A stretch of DNA of 55,524 bases, counting the filler, from Bacteriovoracaceae bacterium (lineage in GTDB: Bacteria; Bdellovibrionota; Bacteriovoracia; Bacteriovoracales; Bacteriovoracaceae), in NCBI GenBank assembly GCA_018649885.1. It is 3 parts of 3 records of this genome, joined end to end, with 100 filler letters (N's around TTAATTAATTAA, not from the genome) between each part and the next. Parts side by side here need not be neighbours in the genome. Positions count along the whole stretch, not along the records: positions 1 to 23,941 come from JABIHA010000150.1; 2 more parts are not named here. The stretch is one strand, 5' to 3'. Position 1 is the stretch's first letter; every line of letters starts with the position of its first letter. The position numbers and the translations under genes were made by a program. The notes beneath the pieces are model-generated. The model worked only from the letters and a program-made list of their open reading frames with translations, was not told where the DNA came from and made no database searches. Shown in pieces: positions 10,304 to 20,443 of this stretch.

Positions 10304-11917
10304 TTAAAGTTTTGAACCAGTATCATATGCATCTTTCCTTTTTACCTCAAAAATTTCAATCTCTTTTGAATCAAAATCCTCAATTTTTTCAACAGGATTT
10401 TTTGATCCCTCTTTTTTCACAGTCTCTACCACTACGGGCTCTTCTTCAATGATCTTTTCAAAACCCATCGTCGGGTTTTGAATGAGTTGGTTACCAAGTA
10501 CTCGCAATTTGCTTTTTTCTTCAAAATTTAAGCCATGAAAAATCCCCATATAGTGCCGATGGTGTGCCTTTGTAGTAAGCTCATTCCAAGGTGGTACAAT
10601 GATCAATATCAAGTTACAGGGGTAATCTAACTCTAAAATACTATAGCACGGAAAAACGCTTTGAGAATAAAAGGTCATCGAGTGTTCGCTGAGACTCGTC
10701 ACGATAACTTCTGGCTTAAACTTAACCAGGGAGTTATTTGTTGCAGGATTAAACATGAGCTTATTACTTCTTGTCTTGTCCTTAAAATTAATTTTTGAAA
10801 AGTAGGAGTCAATTAGTGGATACACAAGGGATGGTATTAGCATCTCTTTTGTTCCAATGATATTTCTATATTCCAAAACTTTGCGGAGGGCCTCTGTATT
10901 TGTGAGAGTATTAAAAATACAAATTACTGGTTTGTACTCTTCAATTTTCTTTACTCGATCGATTAGCTTTTTCAAGTTTTTAATTGAAAGATTACCCGTA
11001 TTAGTCGAAATGAAAATACACTCAGGATTAGCCTCTTTAAAGAAATTTGAATTTATATTTTCAGGTTTGATGACGTAATGAAAATTTAGATGATTGTATT
11101 TTAGCTCAAACTCTTTATCGGCTAAAAATGTTGCCATAGTATCCAAAATTAAAATATTCGTTTCAGTATTTTGAATTACATCCAAATCTATTAACTCTTC
11201 AAACCTCTTTCTCAAAGTGGTACTATTCTTTTCTTTGTTTTCAAAAAATTGGTGCCTTGCTATCACTTGAGTAGTAAGAGGAAAGTAAGCACAGGTATTC
11301 TTTCCAGAGTCTTTAATCATCTGGATTTCAACATCTTCATCTTCGGGATGAACTATTGTATCGAATTTCCCAAGTAATCCTATCTGGTCTGATTCGATTA
11401 ATATCTTATTTTTGGAGAACCAACCAATGGGATTGAGTGAACGAAGATGATATTCAACATTAAGATCTTTTGCTTTAGCGTACATAGGAAAATTCAAAAA
11501 AGTTTCGAACGTGATTAAAAAAGAATCTCTAAAAAGATCGTAATAATAATCTTTTTTTATAAATGAGTAATTCAGACCATGGCTAAAAAGATATAGATTG
11601 TCTTGAAGTTGCTCTACAGAGTTGAATATACCAATGAAAACAGTCCCTTTAAAAATATCGCTATTTTTATAAAACCGGATAGTTTTAGAAAATTTTTCAA
11701 GGTCCTGACTTAATGAATAAAGATCGAAAAATATACATGAAATTTTCTGGTCAAAGAATTTCCAGGAACGATAGAAATCGCTACTGTCTAGCATTCTTGC
11801 ACTCACACTGTGCTTGTCAACTCTGTCTAAAAACTTTTCTAGCTGCCTAAAGAACTCATTATCTTTTCCAAAATAATAGAAGAAATTTCCACGTTCTAGT
11901 TCATTATTCTGTGTCAT
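10304..11917 (-). CDS. Hypothetical protein with degenerate receiver-like and PilZ-like segments
   Basis: 537-aa ORF; CIFFDL and NILILD strands; C-terminal SLSEHS...YMGIF resembles PilZ (weak). Confidence 0.55.
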   Translation of the reverse strand: MTQNNELERGNFFYYFGKDNEFFRQLEKFLDRVDKHSVSARMLDSSDFYRSWKFFDQKISCIFFDLYSLSQDLEKFSKTIRFYKNSDIFKGTVFIGIFNSVEQLQDNLYLFSHGLNYSFIKKDYYYDLFRDSFLITFETFLNFPMYAKAKDLNVEYHLRSLNPIGWFSKNKILIESDQIGLLGKFDTIVHPEDEDVEIQMIKDSGKNTCAYFPLTTQVIARHQFFENKEKNSTTLRKRFEELIDLDVIQNTETNILILDTMATFLADKEFELKYNHLNFHYVIKPENINSNFFKEANPECIFISTNTGNLSIKNLKKLIDRVKKIEEYKPVICIFNTLTNTEALRKVLEYRNIIGTKEMLIPSLVYPLIDSYFSKINFKDKTRSNKLMFNPATNNSLVKFKPEVIVTSLSEHSMTFYSQSVFPCYSILELDYPCNLILIIVPPWNELTTKAHHRHYMGIFHGLNFEEKSKLRVLGNQLIQNPTMGFEKIIEEEPVVVETVKKEGSKNPVEKIEDFDSKEIEIFEVKRKDAYDTGSKL

Positions 11918-12144
11918 TTTTTCCCTGAGCGAAACTGTTACTGCTAAATTCTACAGTTAGCCCAATTTATTACAATTTAAGAATATTTTAGCAACTATCA
12001 GCAAATTCATCCAAAGCTGCGCTGAATAAATGACTAATACCATCGATTTTTTTACTCACAATAGCTATTATCAGAAACATCAAAAAGGTGTATGTTTACC
12101 ACAGAAAACTAGTCATTAATCATCTCTATTCAAAGGTGCACAAA

Positions 12145-13464
12145 ATGATCCCAAGATATGAAGAAAAAGAAATCTCTAAGTACTGGAGTGATGAATTTAA
12201 ATTCCAAACCTACCTAAAGGTAGAGTTGGCGATTTTAGAGGCACTCGAAGGCGGGAAAATACCAAAGGGAACCTGTCAGAAGATTAAAGAGAAGGCCGTG
12301 ATTAACCCGGCGCGAATCGATGAAATTGAAAAGACCACAAGACATGACATAATCGCATTTTGTACATCTATCACAGAAAACTTAGAGCCAGAGGTGGCCA
12401 AATACTTTCATTTTGGAGTGACTTCCTCAGATATAATAGACACTTCACTGACAATCCAAATCAGGGAATCTCTGGGCCCTATTTTGAAAGCACTTGAGGC
12501 CGTAACTCAAACTCTTTGGAAGAAATCCCAGGAGCACAAAGATCTTATCGCCATGGGAAGAAGTCATGGCATGTTTGCAGAGCCACTCAGCTTTGGCCAA
12601 AAACTACTGAGCTTTTACTGTGAATTTAAAAGACGCCACGACGATTATTTGGATTTTTTTGAAAAAGAGCTCACAGGACAATTCTCAGGAGCTGTTGGCA
12701 ATTATACAATGCTTTGTCCTGAAGAAGAAAAAAGAGCACTTGATATACTGGATCTTATAGTTGAGCCTGTCTCAACACAGGTGATCCCTAGAGACCGAAT
12801 TGCCAAATTAGTTTCCCTTGGTGGCCTTCTAGGGTGTGCTATCGAAAGAATTGCAACAGAGATCAGACATCTCCATAGGTCTGAAGTTGCTGAACTTCAT
12901 GAGGGTTTTTCAAAGGGGCAAAAAGGCTCATCTACTATGCCTCATAAGAAAAATCCCATATCGGGAGAAAACCTCACGGGAATGGCAAGGCTACTTAGAT
13001 CACATGTTAACATGGCATTTGAAAATGTAGTCCTCTGGCACGAAAGAGATATCAGCCACTCTTCCACGGAGAGAATGTATCTTCCAGACCACTTTGGTAT
13101 AATCCTCTACTCACTAAAACGCTTAGAGAGTACTATTGATAATTTGCAAATTCATAGTGAAGTTGTAGAAAAAAGAGTTACTGAAAATTTTCAATACCTC
13201 TCTAGTTTTTACCTACATGAGCTTGTAAAAAAATCTAATTGCCATAGAGAAGATCTTTATAAAATTGTGCAAAGTGCTGCTTTCAAAACAATGGATCAAA
13301 CAAACCAAAATCCAGAAACATTCCATTCAAACTTGCTAGAAGAGTTAAAAAAAGAAAATTTAGTGATTGATGACCTACCCACACCTGATATAGAGTCCAT
13401 AAAGAAAATCTTCCTTGGCTCTTCAGACAAAGTATTTAAGAGAGTTGAGAGCTATTATTGTTAA
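12145..13464 (+). CDS. purB: Adenylosuccinate lyase
   Basis: MIPRY start, HFGVTSSD, GRSHG, GSSTMPHKKNP. Confidence 0.96.
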   Translation: MIPRYEEKEISKYWSDEFKFQTYLKVELAILEALEGGKIPKGTCQKIKEKAVINPARIDEIEKTTRHDIIAFCTSITENLEPEVAKYFHFGVTSSDIIDTSLTIQIRESLGPILKALEAVTQTLWKKSQEHKDLIAMGRSHGMFAEPLSFGQKLLSFYCEFKRRHDDYLDFFEKELTGQFSGAVGNYTMLCPEEEKRALDILDLIVEPVSTQVIPRDRIAKLVSLGGLLGCAIERIATEIRHLHRSEVAELHEGFSKGQKGSSTMPHKKNPISGENLTGMARLLRSHVNMAFENVVLWHERDISHSSTERMYLPDHFGIILYSLKRLESTIDNLQIHSEVVEKRVTENFQYLSSFYLHELVKKSNCHREDLYKIVQSAAFKTMDQTNQNPETFHSNLLEELKKENLVIDDLPTPDIESIKKIFLGSSDKVFKRVESYYC

Positions 13465-13482
13465 CTGATTTAGAGATTGAAT

Positions 13483-14508
13483 ATGAATGAACAGCAACTA
13501 AGAAAATTACCTAAGGCCACAGTCCATCATCATTTTGATGGAAGTGTGCGCTTTGAAACTATTGTTGATCTGGCAAAACACAATTCTCTCGATCTAGGAG
13601 TGAAAGACAACGATCAACTTTACCAAAAAGTTAAAGTTCGAACTCCCATGACAGACCTTCAATCTGTTCTCGATACATTCTGGACCACACAGAAAGTTCT
13701 CTGTAATTATGAGGCCATTAAAAGAATTGCCTTTGAAAATGTAGAGGACTGCTTTAGAGACGGAGTTAAATTAGCTGAACTCCGCTTTGCTCCTACTTTC
13801 ATTTCTGAAGGTAAAAACCTATCTAACGATGAAATTATTGAGGCCGTTTTAGATGGCATCACCCAAGGGATGGACAAGTACCCCATTCAAATTGGACTAA
13901 TTTCCATAGTTCCCAGATCTCTTGATTTGGAGAAAAACAAATTGGCCAACCTTGACATCATTAAATACAAGAAATCTCATCACAAGAGCAGTGACAGACT
14001 TGTAGGCTTTGATCTAGCAGATGATGAAGAGAGCACTGATCCAAGCCTTTGGGCACCACTTGCCCTTGAAGCCAGAGAGGCGGGACTGCAAGTCACTGTT
14101 CACAGTGGAGAGGGCACCAAAGCAGAATATGTTAAAACATCTATTGATACCTATGGGGCCAAGCGCATAGGACATGGCATAGCAATTGTTGATGACCAAA
14201 ATATACTAGATTATGTAAAAGAAAATAATATTCACTTAGAGATTTGTCCCACCAGCAACTGGCTGACAAACTGTGTACCAAGCCTAAGGGAGCACCCAAT
14301 TGGAGAGCTCTATAAAAAAGGAGTTTCCATATCTATTAACGCTGATGATCCCCAGTTAATGGATATTGACCTGGTCAATGAATATCTTGTTTGTCACAAA
14401 TATTGGGATTTTGGAGCTCAAGATTTCCACAAAATTAACCGCCAAACCACAGAGCACAGCTTCCTAGATGATGACATTAAGCAAGCCATACTAAAGCAAT
14501 TTTTTTGA
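13483..14508 (+). CDS. add: Adenosine deaminase
   Basis: LPKATVHHHFDGS, HSGE, RIGHG, EICPTSN, DDP. Confidence 0.9.
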   Translation: MNEQQLRKLPKATVHHHFDGSVRFETIVDLAKHNSLDLGVKDNDQLYQKVKVRTPMTDLQSVLDTFWTTQKVLCNYEAIKRIAFENVEDCFRDGVKLAELRFAPTFISEGKNLSNDEIIEAVLDGITQGMDKYPIQIGLISIVPRSLDLEKNKLANLDIIKYKKSHHKSSDRLVGFDLADDEESTDPSLWAPLALEAREAGLQVTVHSGEGTKAEYVKTSIDTYGAKRIGHGIAIVDDQNILDYVKENNIHLEICPTSNWLTNCVPSLREHPIGELYKKGVSISINADDPQLMDIDLVNEYLVCHKYWDFGAQDFHKINRQTTEHSFLDDDIKQAILKQFF

Positions 14509-14671
14509 ATGTATAAATGCTTTTTATTTAAACATTTAGAGGATTAAAATCCGCTACTTGAAGTGGCAGAAAACTTAAATTATCTTGTATCACCTGCTGC
14601 CTATCTACTTGAAATTGTGAAAAACACCATCTATGCCTTATACTGTTTAGTACGTTAAAGGGGGAAGGTTA

Positions 14672-14932
14672 ATGTGTGATGCTTGCAGGTCATTAAATTT
14701 AAATCCTGAAAAAATTAACGGCCAAGATAGGGCAGCTTATCAAAAAATCAGCAATATTTATGGGCTCAGTCCAACAGAAACACTACAAGTTTCTCTTTGC
14801 TACTTTCACGATGTAGAGTTATTCACTCTTGGTGAAAAAAGATTTATGGAAAAACTGCAAGATCTCAAACGAGATATTATGTATAACAAATCCAAGTATA
14901 CAAATATCAGGCACAACAGACCCAATCAATGA
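14672..14932 (+). CDS. Small putative Zn-binding protein
   Basis: MCDAC plus distal CYFH; purine-rich RBS. Confidence 0.7.
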   Translation: MCDACRSLNLNPEKINGQDRAAYQKISNIYGLSPTETLQVSLCYFHDVELFTLGEKRFMEKLQDLKRDIMYNKSKYTNIRHNRPNQ

Positions 14933-14937
14933 AATAG

Positions 14938-16023
14938 CTATAAGAGTTCTTCAGAAAAAGACCGCTCTTTGATGTAACCCACTACAGATTTTACTTTTTG
15001 TGCATCTTTTTTGGGAAGTATTAAAAGGGCCCCATCACTGCTCACAACAATAAAGTCTTTGAGCCCAATTGTAGAAACAAATTGATTGGGAGCAAAAATA
15101 ATATTTCCGCTACAGTCTTCTTGGTAAGCATCGGAGTACTTATCAAATACAACACTTCCATCTCTTTTTTCGCATACTAACTCTAAGGCGTCCCAAGAAC
15201 CAAGATCATTCCAATCAAACTCGGCCTCAATAACACTTACTCTCTTCGATTTTTCCATTATTGCGTAATCAATAGAGTCACTTTGCATCTTGGAATAAAC
15301 AGAGTCTAAACGCTCGCTACCAATCGCGCCTAAAAGCTCTTCGTAGTGGGAATAGATTGATGGAGCATGAGTTTCAAACTCTTCAAGTAGTGTGGAAATT
15401 TTGGCAACAAACATTCCTGCATTCCAAAAATACTCACCGGACTCAACATAAGATTTGGCCGTATCAAAGTCTGGCTTCTCTTTAAAAGCTTCAACAGTAT
15501 AGATTCGGTCCGTTACTGTTTTCCCGCGCTGGATATATCCATAACCTGTATTTGGAAAATTGGGTGGGATTCCAATGGTAACGATTTGAGAGTTTTCAGA
15601 GGCCAAATCCCGGGCCCTCATCAGAGACTTTTGAAAACCTTTGGTGTTTAAAATTACATGATCACTTGGAACAATGGAGATAATATCATCACCGTGAGCC
15701 CCATTTTTAATAAGAGTTGCCAGCGAGAGTAAGATGCACGGGGCAGTATTTCTACCAGATGGCTCAAAGATAATATTTGATTTATTAAGAGCATCTCCCG
15801 AAGCCTCCACGACAAGCTCGCCTTGCTCACGAATTGTAATGACATATCGGTTGTCCAGCTCAACAAGGCCTTCGAAGCGGGTCAAGGTCTGTCCTATGAG
15901 AGTTTCATTTCCAGTTAGTGCCAAATACTGCTTTGGCATTTTCCTTCTCGATTCTGGCCAAAATCTAGTTCCCTGTCCCCCGGCCATAACCAAACAAATT
16001 AAATTCCCTGAATTACCTGGCAT
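14938..16023 (-). CDS. manC: Mannose-1-phosphate guanylyltransferase
   Basis: AGGQGTRFWPESR, PKQ, EPSGRNTAP, FKEKP, WNDLGSW. Confidence 0.94.
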   Translation of the reverse strand: MPGNSGNLICLVMAGGQGTRFWPESRRKMPKQYLALTGNETLIGQTLTRFEGLVELDNRYVITIREQGELVVEASGDALNKSNIIFEPSGRNTAPCILLSLATLIKNGAHGDDIISIVPSDHVILNTKGFQKSLMRARDLASENSQIVTIGIPPNFPNTGYGYIQRGKTVTDRIYTVEAFKEKPDFDTAKSYVESGEYFWNAGMFVAKISTLLEEFETHAPSIYSHYEELLGAIGSERLDSVYSKMQSDSIDYAIMEKSKRVSVIEAEFDWNDLGSWDALELVCEKRDGSVVFDKYSDAYQEDCSGNIIFAPNQFVSTIGLKDFIVVSSDGALLILPKKDAQKVKSVVGYIKERSFSEELL

Positions 16024-16072
16024 TACAAATCCTTTATGTTTGTTTTATAGGAGGGATAGTATACAAAATTTT

Positions 16073-16801
16073 TTACTTGAAATCAGTAACTACGTAGTCA
16101 AGGTTGCGAAACAATGTTTCTTCTTTAAGGATGTAACTCTTTGCTTGTGCTGCTGTGTCAAATACCCCTAAGCTCACTCTGTACCAAGTTCCACGCGACT
16201 TGATGTCAACTTGATTGACTATGGGGTTGTAGCCCCTGATGCGAAATGTATCTGCGAACTGCTTAGCGTCTTCAAGGTTGGGATAGCTTCCCAGCTGGAT
16301 TGTAAACTTCCCGAGGTACTGTGACCTCTGGGACTCTTTTGGAGCCTGATCAAGTAGCTCTTCCAGGTTACCCGCAGTATTAGCAGGAGCCTGCTCTAAC
16401 GATCCACCTTCAAGCTCAAGCTGTTTTTTATAGGCCTCATCACTTGTGGGCAATGAATCCATCTCAGACTTGGTATCTAGCTGAGTGCTGCCACCACCTT
16501 GGATCTCTTCATCGATACGCTCAAACTCAGACTCAAGTTTTTTTAGCGTCGCTGATGGGACCTCAGCCTTTTTTTCAGCCCCTTGCAAGTCTTGCATGGT
16601 TTTAGAGACTTCCTCTTCTTCCCTAGATCTCAAATCGACTTCAATTCGATCAGCAGGGCTAAGACCAGCACTCTCGTAGGAGTAGTTTTTTCCAACCTTC
16701 ACTCCAAATATAAAAGAAGTGGCAGCGGAGAAAACGACAAACAAAAAGAGCAAGGCGATCTCTTTCTTATCAAATACAAATAATTTTGTTTTATCTTCCA
16801 T
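16073..16801 (-). CDS. SPOR-domain membrane protein
   Basis: N-terminal TM helix; C-terminal FTIQLGSY...WYRVSLG. Confidence 0.9.
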   Translation of the reverse strand: MEDKTKLFVFDKKEIALLFLFVVFSAATSFIFGVKVGKNYSYESAGLSPADRIEVDLRSREEEEVSKTMQDLQGAEKKAEVPSATLKKLESEFERIDEEIQGGGSTQLDTKSEMDSLPTSDEAYKKQLELEGGSLEQAPANTAGNLEELLDQAPKESQRSQYLGKFTIQLGSYPNLEDAKQFADTFRIRGYNPIVNQVDIKSRGTWYRVSLGVFDTAAQAKSYILKEETLFRNLDYVVTDFK

Positions 16802-16979
16802 GTATCTAATTTTAAAAGTTATTGCGCTCTATGCAATTGTTTTTACAGACGGCAAAAGAATCCTCATAAAAAAGAGCTTTTTGGGCCATTTCATTTTTAA
16901 AATTATTACCCGCTCACTTCTATCTGTAATTGAAAAGCAGTGCTCAGAGATCTATTCAAGTTAAACAAAGGAGAATTCG

Positions 16980-17156
16980 ATGTTAAAAAATTTAAAAAAC
17001 CAAAATGGTCAGAGTGCTATGGAGTACGTCATCCTCACGGCCTTAATAGGCATAGTTTGCCTAGCTTCATTCCAAAAATTCGGAAAAGATATTGATTCCA
17101 AGGTTAAAGAGGTGAACAAAATTTTCAGTAAAAGAACAAATATCAAGGGACAATAG
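16980..17156 (+). CDS. flp: Flp/type IVb pilin, 58 aa (not in the ORF track)
   Basis: MLKNLKNQNG|QSAMEYVILTALIGIV: prepilin cleavage Gly, E+5 and Y+6; AAGGAG RBS. Confidence 0.92.
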   Translation: MLKNLKNQNGQSAMEYVILTALIGIVCLASFQKFGKDIDSKVKEVNKIFSKRTNIKGQ

Positions 17157-17159
17157 CCA

Positions 17160-17438
17160 GTGGAAATCATCACCAATCTAGTTATCACGGCCCTACTTGT
17201 CTCAATTTGGTGTGGTAGCGGGATCTACTTTCAAAAGGCCCAGTGCAACCAAAAAACAAACTCAAAACTTGTTGAAATGAGAATGGACGATATTTGGAAA
17301 AATCCCAAGTCAGTGCTGCAGAAAAAACGATTCATTTGCAAATCATTTTACAACTTTAAACTTAGTGAATTTGATTCAAGTTTTTCCTCTTTTACAAAAA
17401 AGGGATCACTTTCTCTGACCAGGGCCTACCGTCAATGA
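17160..17438 (+). CDS. Tad-locus small membrane protein (pseudopilin-like)
   Basis: GTG start 3 nt after flp; N-terminal hydrophobic helix. Confidence 0.6.
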   Translation: MEIITNLVITALLVSIWCGSGIYFQKAQCNQKTNSKLVEMRMDDIWKNPKSVLQKKRFICKSFYNFKLSEFDSSFSSFTKKGSLSLTRAYRQ

Positions 17439-17986
17439 AAAATCTAGTCAGTGATGATTCAGGAAATGTAACAATGGTAGGGATTTTATCCCTACTCATT
17501 GTCACCTTATTATTTTACACCAGACTAGAGTCATTTTTAAAATTCGAAAAATATTTTATAGATGAAATACAGCTTGCCACCTGTGCAAAATATTTTTTAC
17601 ATCTGCAAAGTAGTTATACCAATAAGATGGCCAAGCTCAATGTAGCTATAACTGCAGCCTATATATCGAGTAAATCTCAAGTCCCCCAGGTCGCCGTACC
17701 TGCGAAGATTCTCCACGCCTCACTAAAAATATATCAAACGAAAGTTCGTTTTACTAATAAGCTCAAAATATTCAATACAAAGATTTGTAAGTACCCACAG
17801 AAACTTACTCTTTTGCTGCCCATTTATAAAAGCAAGAGAAATATTGATGGAACTCTATCATATAAGAAGAACCGATGGAGTCAGAAACTTATTTCAAGGT
17901 ATCGAATCATATGGATAAAAAACAATGCACAAACACACTATCACAAAAACAAAAGTTCTATCAAAACTCTCGCGGTTCCTCTTTAG
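17435..17986 (+). CDS. TadG-like pseudopilin
   Basis: DDSG|NVTMVGIL leader and TM helix; ATGA overlap with the upstream gene. Confidence 0.6.
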   Translation: MKNLVSDDSGNVTMVGILSLLIVTLLFYTRLESFLKFEKYFIDEIQLATCAKYFLHLQSSYTNKMAKLNVAITAAYISSKSQVPQVAVPAKILHASLKIYQTKVRFTNKLKIFNTKICKYPQKLTLLLPIYKSKRNIDGTLSYKKNRWSQKLISRYRIIWIKNNAQTHYHKNKSSIKTLAVPL

Positions 17987-18165
17987 TTGAAGGAGTTTTT
18001 TGGTTAGGGGTCGTATCCCTATACTTTTCGCTTGTTTTAAAAATGGAGAATAAATATGTTAACAGCCAAAGCAGGTCTTTTAAAATCCTTATCAGAAAAT
18101 GGGAGCAAATCCCAAGGACAAGGTATTGGTCTGGAAAAGACAAAAAAATCAATCCAAAAGGATAA
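17911..18165 (+). CDS. TadE-like pseudopilin
   Basis: NSRG|SSLVE prepilin motif followed by a hydrophobic helix; start uncertain. Confidence 0.6.
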   Translation: MDKKQCTNTLSQKQKFYQNSRGSSLVEGVFWLGVVSLYFSLVLKMENKYVNSQSRSFKILIRKWEQIPRTRYWSGKDKKINPKG

Positions 18166-18637
18166 GAAAATCTCTTACCTTAAAATGATCCTTGTGGTAA
18201 TTGTATCCAATATAGCCATCTTCTCACTTCTTGGTGATGAAAAGGATACTCAGCAGACGACTATCCACCAAAGCACTGGGGAGATATCCCCTACTGATGA
18301 CCACAAAATTATTAATAAAAAGATCTCTACTTCACTTATTCCTGGCCACTGGCACCGTGCAAGCTTAATCTTTCCCAAAAAGCTTCAATATATAACTGAA
18401 GTCTATGTCAAAGTTAATGAGAGAACTGCTGAGGAAATGGATTTCACAGAGCAACTTCCCACTAAAAAAATAGAGAATACATACCTCGCAAATATCGCCA
18501 TTAAAGATGCTGATTTGTTGACCTATTTAAAAAATAAAAATGATCATGAAATGCTTGCGATTCCTCACCTTCAAAATGAGGAAATTCAGGAGTTCATAAA
18601 ATCTCTAAGCAGGGGCAATCGAAATGTTACATTTTAA
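18056..18637 (+). CDS. Tad-locus single-TM protein
   Basis: 193-aa ORF with one TM helix, in the operon; start uncertain. Confidence 0.6.
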   Translation: MLTAKAGLLKSLSENGSKSQGQGIGLEKTKKSIQKDKKISYLKMILVVIVSNIAIFSLLGDEKDTQQTTIHQSTGEISPTDDHKIINKKISTSLIPGHWHRASLIFPKKLQYITEVYVKVNERTAEEMDFTEQLPTKKIENTYLANIAIKDADLLTYLKNKNDHEMLAIPHLQNEEIQEFIKSLSRGNRNVTF

Positions 18638-18947
18638 AAGTTGGATGATTTCCACGGTCCTCTTTATGAGTTGTGGAGGATGCTTTGGTGGCCGGGTTTC
18701 AAAACCATTTGTGATTTCTCATTTTAATGACCAAGTACTAGCTGATACTTCTAAAAAAGTACTGGTTGAAAAATTTAATATTCCAGAGGGTTTGATTGAG
18801 ACAAAAATTGCATCACACCCCTGCTCATACCACACCAGAGCAGTTGTCCACATCTGCATTGAAAATCACTCAATTAGAGTAAGTGAATTCAAGGCCTTTG
18901 ATTTTTATGCAGGATATCGCGTCTTCCTTGAAAAGGAATTAAAATGA
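18624..18947 (+). CDS. Tad-locus small secreted protein
   Basis: 107 aa with signal-like N-terminus; overlaps the upstream stop. Confidence 0.55.
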   Translation: MLHFKSWMISTVLFMSCGGCFGGRVSKPFVISHFNDQVLADTSKKVLVEKFNIPEGLIETKIASHPCSYHTRAVVHICIENHSIRVSEFKAFDFYAGYRVFLEKELK

Positions 18948-18978
18948 ATCTGATTGAAAAAAATAAAAAAGAGAAATC

Positions 18979-19104
18979 TTATTTTAAATGGATAGCAAAT
19001 TTAGGTGTAGTACCCTTATTTCTATTAGCGGCCTTTCTTTTATGTCCGGCTTTTTTTAATTTGTTTGCTCTTTTTGTTTTGGTTTTTCTAGTCAACGAAA
19101 CCAT
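18979..19104 (-). CDS. 41-aa highly basic small protein, antisense within the Tad locus
   Basis: MVSLTRKTKTKRANKLKKAGHKRKAANRNKGTTPKFAIHLK*; AGGTGA RBS 5 nt upstream; 15 K/R and no D/E. Confidence 0.72.
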   Translation of the reverse strand: MVSLTRKTKTKRANKLKKAGHKRKAANRNKGTTPKFAIHLK

Positions 19105-20443
19105 GAACTTCACCTTAATTTTGATAAGTTTGTATCAGAAGTATTTAAGTTTTCTTCCAGCTTTTGTCAAAAAATCAAATTTGTGCACAATAGCAGTATC
19201 TCTAACTGTCTGTAATTATAGTTACTCAAATACGACACCCATCATCATAGCCCTGGGTGAACAGACAGAAATTCCTCAAAAAGTAGTGGAAAAATTCTCA
19301 GTGGGAAACCCTGATATTGTAGGTCAGCGCTACCTCGAATCGGAAAGAAAGCTCCTCATTAAGGGCAAAAAAATGGGCTTTAGCGATCTCATCATTTGGG
19401 GAGGAGGGAGAAAAACCAAATACTCCGTCTACGTTTTGGCCAAAAGGCGGCACCTTGAATTGATCGGACACCTAGAAAGGCTCAAGGGCATAGGCCTACT
19501 TGTCACTCCCATGGGCCCTTATCTGAAAATTGAAGGAGTGCTGAAAAATTTGACACAGGTCAAAATTCTAGGAAATCTCTATAAGGAAAATAGTGAAAAA
19601 TTTGAAATTAATGTTCAGTACACACCGAAACTTAAGAAAAAGATTCTTGAAAATATTGTTCTCGAATTTTTTAGAGAACAGATCTCCCCTGTAAAATGTG
19701 ACTTTGAAAATATACAAATATTTTGTTTTTATCCCGAAGGGCTCGCCCCATCAAAAGGTCTAAAAGATCTTCTTTCTAGGCGCTTCCCCATTACCTTTTT
19801 AGAAGACAAAAAAAACCGGCAACTGGAAAATTACAAAATTAAGATTAAGGTGATCCAAATTGAAAGACTTGATGGTAAAGAGATTTCCTTTGGTATCGAA
19901 AAAATTGGAGGGTCTCTAAAAACACTTTTTAAAAAGGGGCTCTCTTCCCTCATTGATTTCAATCCATTTCTATTCCAGGAAAAGAATTTAACACTTTCCA
20001 CCATTGCTGAACCAGAGATAATCACCCAAATTGGAAAACCGTCCATTGTAGAGTTAGGTTCAAAAATAGCTTTCAAAGGACAAAAAAATGACAATGGAAA
20101 ATCACTTCACTGGGTTTTTGCTGGGATTAAAAATGAGATACTACTAACTGCAGTCTCTAATTCTGTACAAGTCAAATATCATACTGAATTTACTTACCCA
20201 AACTTTACAAGCTCTAATGAAAAAAAGATCTCAGGAAGTAAAGAGTCCTCAACTTTAAGCCTGCCATTTAACAAGCCTATTAAAATTTTCTCCATTTCTT
20301 ACAAGAGCCTAGGCACAAACGAGGAAGGAATTCCTTACTTAAAAAATATCCCCATTATTGGAAAGTTATTTGTATCAAGTAATGAAAGCTCAAATTTCAA
20401 GAAGATTGAAGGCTTTGTCATGATACAAAGACAAAAACTATGA
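19103..20443 (+). CDS. Flp pilus secretin (RcpA/CpaC-like); true start uncertain
   Basis: N-domain (FSVGNPDI, LLIKGKKMGFSDLIIW) and secretin C-terminal GIPYLKNIPIIGKLF. Confidence 0.85.
   Translation: MNFTLILISLYQKYLSFLPAFVKKSNLCTIAVSLTVCNYSYSNTTPIIIALGEQTEIPQKVVEKFSVGNPDIVGQRYLESERKLLIKGKKMGFSDLIIWGGGRKTKYSVYVLAKRRHLELIGHLERLKGIGLLVTPMGPYLKIEGVLKNLTQVKILGNLYKENSEKFEINVQYTPKLKKKILENIVLEFFREQISPVKCDFENIQIFCFYPEGLAPSKGLKDLLSRRFPITFLEDKKNRQLENYKIKIKVIQIERLDGKEISFGIEKIGGSLKTLFKKGLSSLIDFNPFLFQEKNLTLSTIAEPEIITQIGKPSIVELGSKIAFKGQKNDNGKSLHWVFAGIKNEILLTAVSNSVQVKYHTEFTYPNFTSSNEKKISGSKESSTLSLPFNKPIKIFSISYKSLGTNEEGIPYLKNIPIIGKLFVSSNESSNFKKIEGFVMIQRQKL

Noticed and set aside
18944..19102. Hydrophobic N-terminal extension of the secretin ORF
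   Set aside because: Better explained as the shadow of the Lys/Arg-rich antisense gene, which has its own RBS.
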